DNA from: an uncultured archaeon
GTDB taxonomy: Archaea > Thermoplasmatota > Penumbrarchaeia > JASLWR01
Assembly (NCBI GenBank): GCA_964342815.1
Contig: CAYFHS010000002.1
Coordinates: forward strand, 32,001-96,000
Direction: 5' to 3'
DNA length: 64,000 nucleotides
Shown: piece by piece, positions 1 through 9,131 of the stretch
How the letters are laid out: the number at the start of each line of letters is the position of its first letter
Numbering within the stretch: position 1 is the stretch's first letter
Notes under the pieces: generated by a model
What the model saw: only the letters and a program-made list of their open reading frames with translations
The model's database searches: none
What the model was told of the DNA's origin: nothing
Position numbers and translations under genes: made by a program

Positions 1-60
1 TACAATGCTCTAGCGAATTACACTGAAAATAAGATGAAAATCCCTCAGGAAACTGGGTGA
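1..60 (+). CDS. 3' end of an upstream gene (partial, window edge)
   Basis: Open frame YNALANYTENKMKIPQETG* ends in TGA at 58-60, 6 nt before the next ATG. Confidence 0.35.
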   Translation, partial: YNALANYTENKMKIPQETG

Positions 61-66
61 AAAGAA

Positions 67-456
67 ATGTTCTGGGCCAAATTACCCGGCCACGTTAAGG
101 CATCCGTCTTTCTTATCCTCACGTTCCTCCTGGGTCTGTTCGTGATTTCATTCAACTGGTTCTTCCATTCTTTTGCCGTCGATGTATTGCCCGGCATATT
201 GATCGTATTTCTTTTCCTTTTTTTATTTGTTGGAATCATATCCTCACTTATAGCTCTGGTAGGCATATTCATCAGATTAAAATTCAGATGGATATTACTT
301 TTCACAGTTCTCTCTTTTCTTGGAAGCGGCGTATGTTTCTTGAGGGTCAGCATAATGTCTCTCTTTTCACTCATCGCTTTATTCATCGTTCTCATCAACT
401 ATAATGATTTTATAGTCAGGAACCAGCAATATAAAAAAATGACTAACTGGGATTGA
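67..456 (+). CDS. small integral membrane protein (3-4 TM)
   Basis: 129-aa ORF made almost entirely of hydrophobic segments separated by short basic loops. Confidence 0.6.
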   Translation: MFWAKLPGHVKASVFLILTFLLGLFVISFNWFFHSFAVDVLPGILIVFLFLFLFVGIISSLIALVGIFIRLKFRWILLFTVLSFLGSGVCFLRVSIMSLFSLIALFIVLINYNDFIVRNQQYKKMTNWD

Positions 457-558
457 ATTTGATTTTTACTGCCTGCGGCCTATAAAAAATATATTTTTAT
501 GTGTACCTCTAAGTCTTTTCATGTAAAGACGGGAACAAAGTGACTGTCTTCTTGGTAA

Positions 559-770
559 AGGTGTCCCGTACCGGGCCCTATTACTTGTTCAGCCAAGCCC
601 ATAGGTCTTGGCTTCTCAAGTAAGATGTGCCAGAATGGGTCGGCTTTACACGTAAAGACACACCTGTTGGCATGTCAAACTTTCAAGCCGGGCCAGTAGG
701 CGACATAGAAACGAATGTTTCTATTAGCCCTAATAGAATCTTGATTCTATGTCGGGACCCGGCTTTTCAA
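559..770. other. densely structured intergenic element Z (putative ncRNA or mobile remnant)
   Basis: Stems: ttacttg 581-587/617-623; agccaag 591-597/607-613; ctttac 644-649/652-657; aagccggg 685-692/758-765; cgacatagaa 701-710/745-754; ttctatta 719-726/731-738. Confidence 0.45.
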
Positions 771-877
771 GAGAAGGATATGATGCACAAAAAGTTATAA
801 TGAACCTTGCAAATACATTTGAAAATTAAAGGTAAATCATATCCACATACCGAAAGTAATATTCGGGGGATGATAAT

Positions 878-3800
878 ATGATAAATGGAAAACGAATGGC
901 AATGATTATGATTCTACTATTCATTTTGAGCAATCTACTGGCAATAATTGATATTCCATTACTCGAACCGTGTGGTTCAGGTGCTAAGGTCGAAGCAGCC
1001 AATATCATCGTAGACGAAGGTGGCGGTCAAGATCACCAAAGCATACAGGATGCCATAGACGCTGCAAATCCGGGAGATACCATACTGGTTTATAACGGCT
1101 CGTACAACGAGACTATACTAGTCAATAAAACCGTCACTCTAATAGGCAATGGAACAGAAAATACGATAATTGACGGCGAAGGAAAAGGCTCAACGGTAAT
1201 GAACATTACCGCAAATGGAGTGAACGTATCCGGTTTTAATGTTCGTCATACCGGCCTGGGAGGTGATATGGCCGGAATTTTGATATACGGAGCAAAAAAT
1301 TGCAAGATCGAGAACAATAACTGTTCATACAATGTGTTGGGAATTGGTCTAATAAATGCAAGTAATAATACCTTGGCCAATAACACTTTGATATTCAACT
1401 TCTGGGGTGTTTACCTCCACTCATCAGCAAATAACACCATCGAGAATAATTCGTTTTCCTCCAACTTCTTTGGATTATCTGTAAACTTATCCTATAATAA
1501 CCTTATAATCAATAACACGCTCGATTCAGATCATTACATGGGCGCCCCCTTAAACCCTCCCGACCATGACGGAAACGGGATTGATGACGATAAGGAGGGA
1601 CAGAACATGATGGCGGACTCGGATAACGATGGTTTAATTAATATCGATGAAGGCGGGGAGCCTATCGGGGGTCCAGGAGGAAAAGATGGAGGTCCCGGAG
1701 GAAAGGACGGAGGTCCGCCAGGTACCGACCCTTTTGAGCCCGATTCCGACTGGGACGGATTGGCCGATGGCCTGGAGATAATACTGGGTTTTAATCCGGA
1801 TGACTGGGATAGTGATAATAACGGAATTTGGGACAGGGCCGAGATCGATAATTATGGCATCGGAGGCGTGATGAGCAGCAGGAACACCATCAGGAATAAT
1901 ACCTGTACGAACTACGATAACGGTATTTATTTGGTTTCGTCCGATAACAACACTATAGATGGATGCAATCCATCTCATAACAGTTATGGAATACGCATTA
2001 TTTTGGGGAATTACAATATAATTACCAATGGAACTTCATCACACAATAATAAAGGTATTTACATTCAATTGGCAAATCAAAATTTAATATCGAACGGAAC
2101 GGTATCGACCAACAATTATGGTATTTACATCGAATCGGGGAGAAACAATACCTGTATGAATGAAAACATATCTCACAACGCCCTGGGCATCAAACTCCTC
2201 ACATCGTTTAACAACAACATTCATAATAATACATTGATGGATAATAATTTTCGGTCAGCTCATCCGGCACACTGGGACACGGATGGGAACGGGATACCTG
2301 ACAACCAGGAAGATCCATACAGCAATGCGAGCGCCGATTCCGATGGGGACGGTCTCACCAACGGCGAGGAGATGGAACTTGGAGAGTGGGACCCGCAAAA
2401 TCCCGATATGGATGATGATGGTTTGACAGACGGCCTTGAGGCGGCATTCGATCTAAACCCTTATGACAGCGACAGTGACGGGGACGGCATCGACGATTAT
2501 ATAGAACACAACAACCGCCATATTTCCTTGGAATTGTCCGACAATAACAACATCACAGACAACCTTTGTGTGAATACATCTGAGGGAATTTTTCTTATCA
2601 ATTCGAGCCTGAATTCCTTGATAAACAATATTCTGGACTACAGTGTATCATATGGAGTGTACATTTATTCCGGTACAAACAATTCGGCATATGACAATCA
2701 ATTTGTCAATAACAATAACGGCAGCGTGCAGGCAAAGGATAACGGTACCGGGAATTTCTGGAATAAAACGGCCGGAAGAGCTGCGGGAAAGGGCAATTTC
2801 TGGTCGGATTACCTCGAGAGGTACCCTTCGGCATCCAGCGATGGGAATACATGGAACAATCCTTACGTCATAAACGGTTCTGCGGGAACTCAGGACAACT
2901 CTCCCCTTTATCTTCCCTTCGGGGTGACTGACAACAGTCCCGGGAATGGAACAACCGGGGATGGATTCCATTTTGAGATCGATTTTCCCGATTCCATCGA
3001 CGTGAGCTCATTCAAGGCAAACTACAGCCACGGGGGACAGAAAGGAAATCTTTCGCTGGCCAAAACCGGAGGCAGCTGGACGGGAAACATAGTGCTCGAT
3101 CATGATCTTGCCAATCTCACCTATACACTGTATATCAATTCCAACAACAGTTACAATTTCACCATTTCCGAAAAACAAATTGCCATTGTCGATAACGACC
3201 ATCCGGTCCTTTCGGATGATACCAGCAGGGATAATTCCACCACCGGAGACGAATTTATTTTCAACATAAGCGCTTCCGACAATATCGAAGTGGATGCCGT
3301 ATTTGCTGACTGGACCCACGGCGGGCTGGGGGATAACGAATCCCTAACCCTGACCAATGGATACTGGATCGGGAACGCAACTATCGATGATAATCTGGGC
3401 AACCTCGCCTATACAATATACATCAACGACACGTCGAATAACTACCACACTGCCGCCCAGCAGGTAATTCCGGTGGCCGATAACGATCGGCCCATCATCG
3501 TGGACAACAGCCCAATCGCCGGTACCACCGGAGACCTCTTTGAGTTCAACGTCAGTGTGTCGGATAACATTGAGATCGATACTGTTTTCGTCCAGTGGGC
3601 ACACGGCAATTTCAGCGGAAACGAGTCTATGAACATATCCAATGGTTTCTGGATGGCAACAATACGGCTGGATAATAATAATGAAAATCTTTCATATACA
3701 GTCCACGCAAACGATACTTCCAACAACTACAATACCCGTTCTCCGCAATTGGCAGTCATCTCCGACAATGACGTGCCGGACCTCATAAACGACAGCAGTT

Positions 3801-6800
3801 CCGATAATGGGACAACAGGCGACCTGTTTCTTTTCAACGTCACCGCATCGGATAACATAAATGTCAGCTCCATCCATATCAGCTGGAGCCATGGTGGAAA
3901 GAATGGAAATGAATCGCTGGACCGAACGGGTGGATACTGGCTTGGAAACATCTCTCTCGACCATAGTCTCGGAAATCTTACCTATATAATTTATGTCATG
4001 GATTCTTCGGGTAACTATAATATTTCCTCCAATCGAACGGTAGAGGTTTCCGACAACGACAAACCGTCGTTCACCGACAACACCGGATCGAAGGGTACGA
4101 CGGGGGATTTTCTTTACTTCAACGTCAGCGCGGCTGACAATATAGGCGTTTTTTCTGTCAACATCATCTGGAATCACGGGCTTTCAGGATCTAATCTATC
4201 CCTGGTCAAAACAGACGGCTTCTGGACGGGAAATATCATCGTGGATCACAATACTGCCGGGCTGACCTACAGGGTAATGGTGAAAGATAGCTCGGGAAAT
4301 ATTATTATCGGCCAGTTGCGAACTGTCACGGTAACTGACAATGACATTCCAATCGTCCATGCGGGTAAGGACGTCGTCGTAGAGGAGAATGGAACTGTTA
4401 CCTTCGACGCTAACGCTTCAGATAACAGTGGAATCGACAATTATACCTGGTCTTTTATTTACAATAATAGCAAAGTTGTTCTTTACGGTCCGAATCCCCA
4501 GTTCAAATTCGATGAACCGGGAAATTACACCGTGGATCTCAATGTTACGGATGCCTCCGGAAATGTCAATTCAACGCAAATCACCGTCACAGTGCTTCCC
4601 AAAGACGTTCCGGTTGAGATAGACCGGGTGCCGCCGGTGATAAATCACAATCCAAAAACGAAGGTGGAGATAAACAAGAATATCACCATCACAGCCGTGA
4701 TCACCGATAATGTTGAGGTAATGTCGGTAAAATTGTTTTACAAAAACGTGGGTGATGCAAACTATTCAAGTTTAATAATGGAGCCCACCGGGTCCATTGA
4801 CAGTTACTATGCCGTCATACCCTCTCAAAGCCAGTTAGGGAACGTCAGTTATTATATATATGCCACAGACGGGCTCAACGAGATCACGCTGCCCGGAAAC
4901 ATCAGCAGATCCTTCAGCATCACTGTCTCCGAGGAAGAAGAGCCCAAAGAAGGGCCCAAAATAAAAATAAATACACCAAAGAAAGGAGACACGATAAAAG
5001 GAAAAATCACCATAAACGTGTCCACCGTAAACGGGTACATCGGTGATGAATACGTTAATATCGTAAAGGTAGAGATCAAAATCATGGATACATCATCATA
5101 CAATCAGATCGCTGAATTTTCGAAGACAATTTCAGATAATTCATCGAATAAATGGTTCACATTCACCTGGAATACCAGCGAGCACGACGATGGGAAATAT
5201 GAAATAAACGCTATAGGATATTCCGCTGAAGATGGAAATGTTACAAATTTGACAAAGCAGATATCCACCGAAGTAGGAGTTACTGTGGAAAATGATGATA
5301 CGCCTTCAATAGCCGGGGCAGTTGCCGGAACGGTGGTTGGGGTAGCGGCGGCGGTCGGTGCCGCCACCATTGCAAGCGGAGCTGCCACAGGAGTCATCAG
5401 TGCGGGAGGAGGTGTCGCATCCACCAGCGGCTCAATATTCGGCAAATTGCTGGGATACCTGGACAAGCTTCTTGATCCCTTGCAGAAAAAGGCCGAAAGG
5501 GCGCTGGAAGAACGGACCGGGAAGGATGCTACCGAATTCTCAATTGCTTCTCCCATAATTACAAAAGGACAGATCAAATCACTCGTTATCGCCATATTTG
5601 CACTTATGATCCCACTCACTTATGTTCAGGTCAATGGGGGATTCTTTTTCACTTGGGGCGGTGACAAGGCCTTTTCCTGGACCGAATATTACCAGGCGCT
5701 TCCTTCCGTATTCCTGACGGCTGCGATCTTCCTCATCGCACTTGGCCTTGCCGAGGTTTATGCGGTCAGATTGCGAAAACAATGGACCGAGTTCAAGGTT
5801 TGGGGCGTGGGCATGTTCTCGCTTTTCATTTCCTCGTTCTTCTTCATACTACCCTTCGGTATGACTGCTCGACTGGATCAGGGATACTGGGAGAGGATCG
5901 ACAAGAAGGGTTTTGGCTACGTGGGCCTGGCCAGGTATTTTGTGACTTTGACGCTAATCCTTCCGTTCTTCCTGATGTTACTGGCCGGTCTCAAAACTGC
6001 AGGTGAATCGGGAATGTTGATCTGCCTGATGACGTTCCTCTACAGCATGATGCCCTTCGGGGAATCGCCTGGAAGATACATATTCAAATGGAAAAAATCG
6101 GTCTGGATCATAGGTGGAATCTTCTCAGCTATTGTCTTTTACGGGTGGTGGTTTCAATTCATCCCTCGAATGTTCTATTTCATATTCGGTATAATCGGAC
6201 TGGCGGGTGCAGGCTACGTCTATATTCACCTTATGAGGGATAGCAGTAACCTCAAAAAGGAACGAGAGAGGACCCTGAGAAAGACAGCCACGAAAAGATT
6301 GCATGGTGATGACGAGGATGAAGAGGACGAGGAGGATGAAGAGAAGGAAGAGGAAGAGCCCGTTATAAAAGAGGAGACCATTGAAGGCGATGATGAGGAC
6401 ACCGGGGATGATGACGAGAAAAAAGAGGAAACCGATGTATGGGATTCTGAGGAACTACCGGTACCGGTGGATGAGGGGGGAGAGGTCGAGCCGGGTGAGC
6501 CGCCTGCGCCGCCTGAAGATGTGGATGCCGAGGACCAATCAGGGATAGAAGAGGAACCGGAGCTGCAGGAACCTCCGGAGGATGAGAGGGAATTGGAAGA
6601 GCCTGCGGAGTCGGATGATTTCCCTTCTCTCGATGACGATCCCGAACCGGACGAAGCTCCCAAACCGTCAGAAGACATGGATTCTGATGAATTCTCCCCG
6701 CTGGATGACGAAGTCGAATCAGAAGAAGCGGCAGCGTCAGAGGAGATTGCGGACAGTGATGAATTTCTAGCACCGGTTGAAGAATTTGAAGAACCGCCTG

Positions 6801-6865
6801 AACCGGTTGGGAACGACGACCCGGACGAGATGGAACTGGATCTGCCACCAGTCCCACCGGACTAA
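878..6865 (+). CDS. giant surface protein: NosD/CASH beta-helix with DxDxDG inserts, tandem Ig-like repeats, PKD-like domain, multi-TM M50-like region, acidic tail
   Basis: Signal peptide; IQDAIDAANPGDTILVYNGSYNE head; NN-rich rungs; GNFWSDY motif; repeated DN..GTTGDxFxFNVxASDN units; about 8 hydrophobic helices; D/E/P-rich C-terminus. Confidence 0.85.
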   Translation: MINGKRMAMIMILLFILSNLLAIIDIPLLEPCGSGAKVEAANIIVDEGGGQDHQSIQDAIDAANPGDTILVYNGSYNETILVNKTVTLIGNGTENTIIDGEGKGSTVMNITANGVNVSGFNVRHTGLGGDMAGILIYGAKNCKIENNNCSYNVLGIGLINASNNTLANNTLIFNFWGVYLHSSANNTIENNSFSSNFFGLSVNLSYNNLIINNTLDSDHYMGAPLNPPDHDGNGIDDDKEGQNMMADSDNDGLINIDEGGEPIGGPGGKDGGPGGKDGGPPGTDPFEPDSDWDGLADGLEIILGFNPDDWDSDNNGIWDRAEIDNYGIGGVMSSRNTIRNNTCTNYDNGIYLVSSDNNTIDGCNPSHNSYGIRIILGNYNIITNGTSSHNNKGIYIQLANQNLISNGTVSTNNYGIYIESGRNNTCMNENISHNALGIKLLTSFNNNIHNNTLMDNNFRSAHPAHWDTDGNGIPDNQEDPYSNASADSDGDGLTNGEEMELGEWDPQNPDMDDDGLTDGLEAAFDLNPYDSDSDGDGIDDYIEHNNRHISLELSDNNNITDNLCVNTSEGIFLINSSLNSLINNILDYSVSYGVYIYSGTNNSAYDNQFVNNNNGSVQAKDNGTGNFWNKTAGRAAGKGNFWSDYLERYPSASSDGNTWNNPYVINGSAGTQDNSPLYLPFGVTDNSPGNGTTGDGFHFEIDFPDSIDVSSFKANYSHGGQKGNLSLAKTGGSWTGNIVLDHDLANLTYTLYINSNNSYNFTISEKQIAIVDNDHPVLSDDTSRDNSTTGDEFIFNISASDNIEVDAVFADWTHGGLGDNESLTLTNGYWIGNATIDDNLGNLAYTIYINDTSNNYHTAAQQVIPVADNDRPIIVDNSPIAGTTGDLFEFNVSVSDNIEIDTVFVQWAHGNFSGNESMNISNGFWMATIRLDNNNENLSYTVHANDTSNNYNTRSPQLAVISDNDVPDLINDSSSDNGTTGDLFLFNVTASDNINVSSIHISWSHGGKNGNESLDRTGGYWLGNISLDHSLGNLTYIIYVMDSSGNYNISSNRTVEVSDNDKPSFTDNTGSKGTTGDFLYFNVSAADNIGVFSVNIIWNHGLSGSNLSLVKTDGFWTGNIIVDHNTAGLTYRVMVKDSSGNIIIGQLRTVTVTDNDIPIVHAGKDVVVEENGTVTFDANASDNSGIDNYTWSFIYNNSKVVLYGPNPQFKFDEPGNYTVDLNVTDASGNVNSTQITVTVLPKDVPVEIDRVPPVINHNPKTKVEINKNITITAVITDNVEVMSVKLFYKNVGDANYSSLIMEPTGSIDSYYAVIPSQSQLGNVSYYIYATDGLNEITLPGNISRSFSITVSEEEEPKEGPKIKINTPKKGDTIKGKITINVSTVNGYIGDEYVNIVKVEIKIMDTSSYNQIAEFSKTISDNSSNKWFTFTWNTSEHDDGKYEINAIGYSAEDGNVTNLTKQISTEVGVTVENDDTPSIAGAVAGTVVGVAAAVGAATIASGAATGVISAGGGVASTSGSIFGKLLGYLDKLLDPLQKKAERALEERTGKDATEFSIASPIITKGQIKSLVIAIFALMIPLTYVQVNGGFFFTWGGDKAFSWTEYYQALPSVFLTAAIFLIALGLAEVYAVRLRKQWTEFKVWGVGMFSLFISSFFFILPFGMTARLDQGYWERIDKKGFGYVGLARYFVTLTLILPFFLMLLAGLKTAGESGMLICLMTFLYSMMPFGESPGRYIFKWKKSVWIIGGIFSAIVFYGWWFQFIPRMFYFIFGIIGLAGAGYVYIHLMRDSSNLKKERERTLRKTATKRLHGDDEDEEDEEDEEKEEEEPVIKEETIEGDDEDTGDDDEKKEETDVWDSEELPVPVDEGGEVEPGEPPAPPEDVDAEDQSGIEEEPELQEPPEDERELEEPAESDDFPSLDDDPEPDEAPKPSEDMDSDEFSPLDDEVESEEAAASEEIADSDEFLAPVEEFEEPPEPVGNDDPDEMELDLPPVPPD

Positions 6866-7029
6866 GGTGCTACGAATGGACATATCCGGATACGTTCGAA
6901 ACCTCTGTTTATAGAGGATGGGTGTGGCCAATTTTTCTTCACTAAAAGTTTATATAATGTTTATACAATAGATAACATTCAACAATCTTGCGAAGAGATT
7001 GATGAGTAATCAATTTCAAAGGTGGGTTC

Positions 7030-9117
7030 ATGAAAAGGACTGCAACGATAATAATGGTTACACTTGCATTGCTAAGTATGTCGATGATTTCGAATAACAT
7101 TTTCGGAGTTACTCCGGGTGATATCGAAGATCCGGTGGCCAATGCCGGAGAAGATAAATGGGTTGAGCAGGGTGGCATCGTAACTTTCAACGCCAGCAGC
7201 AGCACGGATAATGTGGGCATCATATACTACACGTGGACGTTCACTGACGTAGATGAAAAGATACTTTACGGCCAGGAGGTGAATTATACCTTCAACAATG
7301 CCGGGGACTTCCTTGTAACCCTGAACGTCAGCGACGCGGCGGAGAATTGGAACATTGACACTATTACGGTGACAGTGATGGATAATACCTCGCCAACTGC
7401 GATTGCAGGAGAAGATCTGGTGGCAGACCTGAATGCGGAAATCACCTTCGACGGAACTAATTCCACCGATAACGTGGGCATCATAAATTACACTTGGATT
7501 TTCAACTACAATGGTAGTGAAATAAATCTGTATGAAGAGATTGCAACCTTCGTTTTTGAGAAATCCGGAAACTACTTGATCACCCTCGAAGTGCGGGACC
7601 ATCACGGGAACATGGGTATGGACGAGTTCTGGGTTAACGTAACCGGTGAGGCAGACGCGGAAAACCCTGTGTGTGACGCAGGTGCGGACAAAACCGTTAT
7701 CGTAGGTTCACAAGTCACGCTGGACGGCGGCGCATCGACGGATAATATCGGGATAAATGAATGGACATGGACATTCATCTACAACGGAAGCGAACGGGTG
7801 TTATACGGAAAAACGGCATATTTCATCTTCGAAATTACTGGTAACTATTCCATCACCCTTGCTGTGGCAGATGCTTTTGGCAACTCCGATAACGACACGA
7901 TATGGGTCAATGTGACCGAGACAATAGCAGTTGATACAGTAGCACCGGTGGCAAAAGCAGGTGTAGGCCGAACAGTCGATAACGGAACAATGGTCCAATT
8001 CGATGCCGGTGCGTCCACGGATAATATTGGGGTCGTCAACTGGACATGGACGTTCACCTACAATGGTTCGGGGTACGAGCTGTACGGTAAAACGATATCA
8101 TTTCGTTTCGATTTTGCCGGGAATTACACCATAACTCTTGCAGTGGCCGATGCTGCAGGAAATCTTGATACCGATACAACTTGGATCAATGTTACCAAGC
8201 CTGCAACTTCGGATACCGTGGCACCGGTGGCGATTGCGGGGGTGGACCGGACTGTGGAGCTAGGAACGCTGGTCCAGTTTGACGGTAGCGCTTCTACAGA
8301 TAATATAGGGGTGATAAACTACACTTGGACGTTTACTTATGATGGTGTAGTGCAGAAATTATACGGTGAAAAACCGAGTTTCAGATTCGATACTTCAGAT
8401 AACTATTCGTTAACTTTAAGTGTATTGGACAAAGCTGGCAACCAAGGTGAGAGCAATTTTTTTGTTCAAGTAAAGGAGGGGGCCCCTCAACCTTTCACTC
8501 TTGGTCCCTTTATGGATAAGGATGGAAATCCCGTCGAGGGTCTGGATGTGACCATAACTATTGTCGGCACAGAATATACTGAAAAAACCAATGAGAACGG
8601 CAAATCAACCTTCCATAACACGCCTTCGCCTCAAAATGATGATCCTGTGGTTGTTAAACAGGATGGTTTGGTCGTCTTTGAAGGTAAATTTAGCGAGTCA
8701 ATGAAAAGCAGCCTGCTTTCCAAATCAAAAGAACCCGAAGATTTTTTATCAAAAGTACCGTGGCTGTGGGTTGGTGTAGCTGGAGGCGCTCTGCTGCTGA
8801 TAATCATCATAATCATAGTGATCAAAAAAAGAAGGAATTATGATGACGACGACGATGACGATGATTACGAGTACGGCGAGTTCATCGAGACGAAAGCCTG
8901 CCACAAGTGCGGCGAGCTGTTACCGACCTTTGACACCAAGTTCTGTCAGGAATGCGGCGAGGATCAGGACCCATTTAGCGGCCCCACAATCACCAAAGAG
9001 GAAAAACTGTGTGTAAAATGCTACGTTCCGGTATTACCTCCCGACTCACCGTTCTGCCAGAACTGCGGAGCAAACCAGCAGTCCATTGCGGGAAGCGAAC
9101 AGGGAAGGGGCTTTTAA
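7030..9117 (+). CDS. PKD-repeat surface protein with TM anchor and double zinc ribbon
   Basis: Signal peptide; repeated PVAxAGxD...FDxxxSTDNVGIxxYTWTF units; TM; CHKC..CQEC and CVKC..CQNC. Confidence 0.85.
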   Translation: MKRTATIIMVTLALLSMSMISNNIFGVTPGDIEDPVANAGEDKWVEQGGIVTFNASSSTDNVGIIYYTWTFTDVDEKILYGQEVNYTFNNAGDFLVTLNVSDAAENWNIDTITVTVMDNTSPTAIAGEDLVADLNAEITFDGTNSTDNVGIINYTWIFNYNGSEINLYEEIATFVFEKSGNYLITLEVRDHHGNMGMDEFWVNVTGEADAENPVCDAGADKTVIVGSQVTLDGGASTDNIGINEWTWTFIYNGSERVLYGKTAYFIFEITGNYSITLAVADAFGNSDNDTIWVNVTETIAVDTVAPVAKAGVGRTVDNGTMVQFDAGASTDNIGVVNWTWTFTYNGSGYELYGKTISFRFDFAGNYTITLAVADAAGNLDTDTTWINVTKPATSDTVAPVAIAGVDRTVELGTLVQFDGSASTDNIGVINYTWTFTYDGVVQKLYGEKPSFRFDTSDNYSLTLSVLDKAGNQGESNFFVQVKEGAPQPFTLGPFMDKDGNPVEGLDVTITIVGTEYTEKTNENGKSTFHNTPSPQNDDPVVVKQDGLVVFEGKFSESMKSSLLSKSKEPEDFLSKVPWLWVGVAGGALLLIIIIIIVIKKRRNYDDDDDDDDYEYGEFIETKACHKCGELLPTFDTKFCQECGEDQDPFSGPTITKEEKLCVKCYVPVLPPDSPFCQNCGANQQSIAGSEQGRGF

Positions 9118-9131
9118 AATTTTCAAAAACC

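Noticed and set aside
6226-6857. Ser-rich and Pro-rich minus-strand ORFs
   Set aside because: Antisense readouts of the D/E/P-rich tail of 878..6865.
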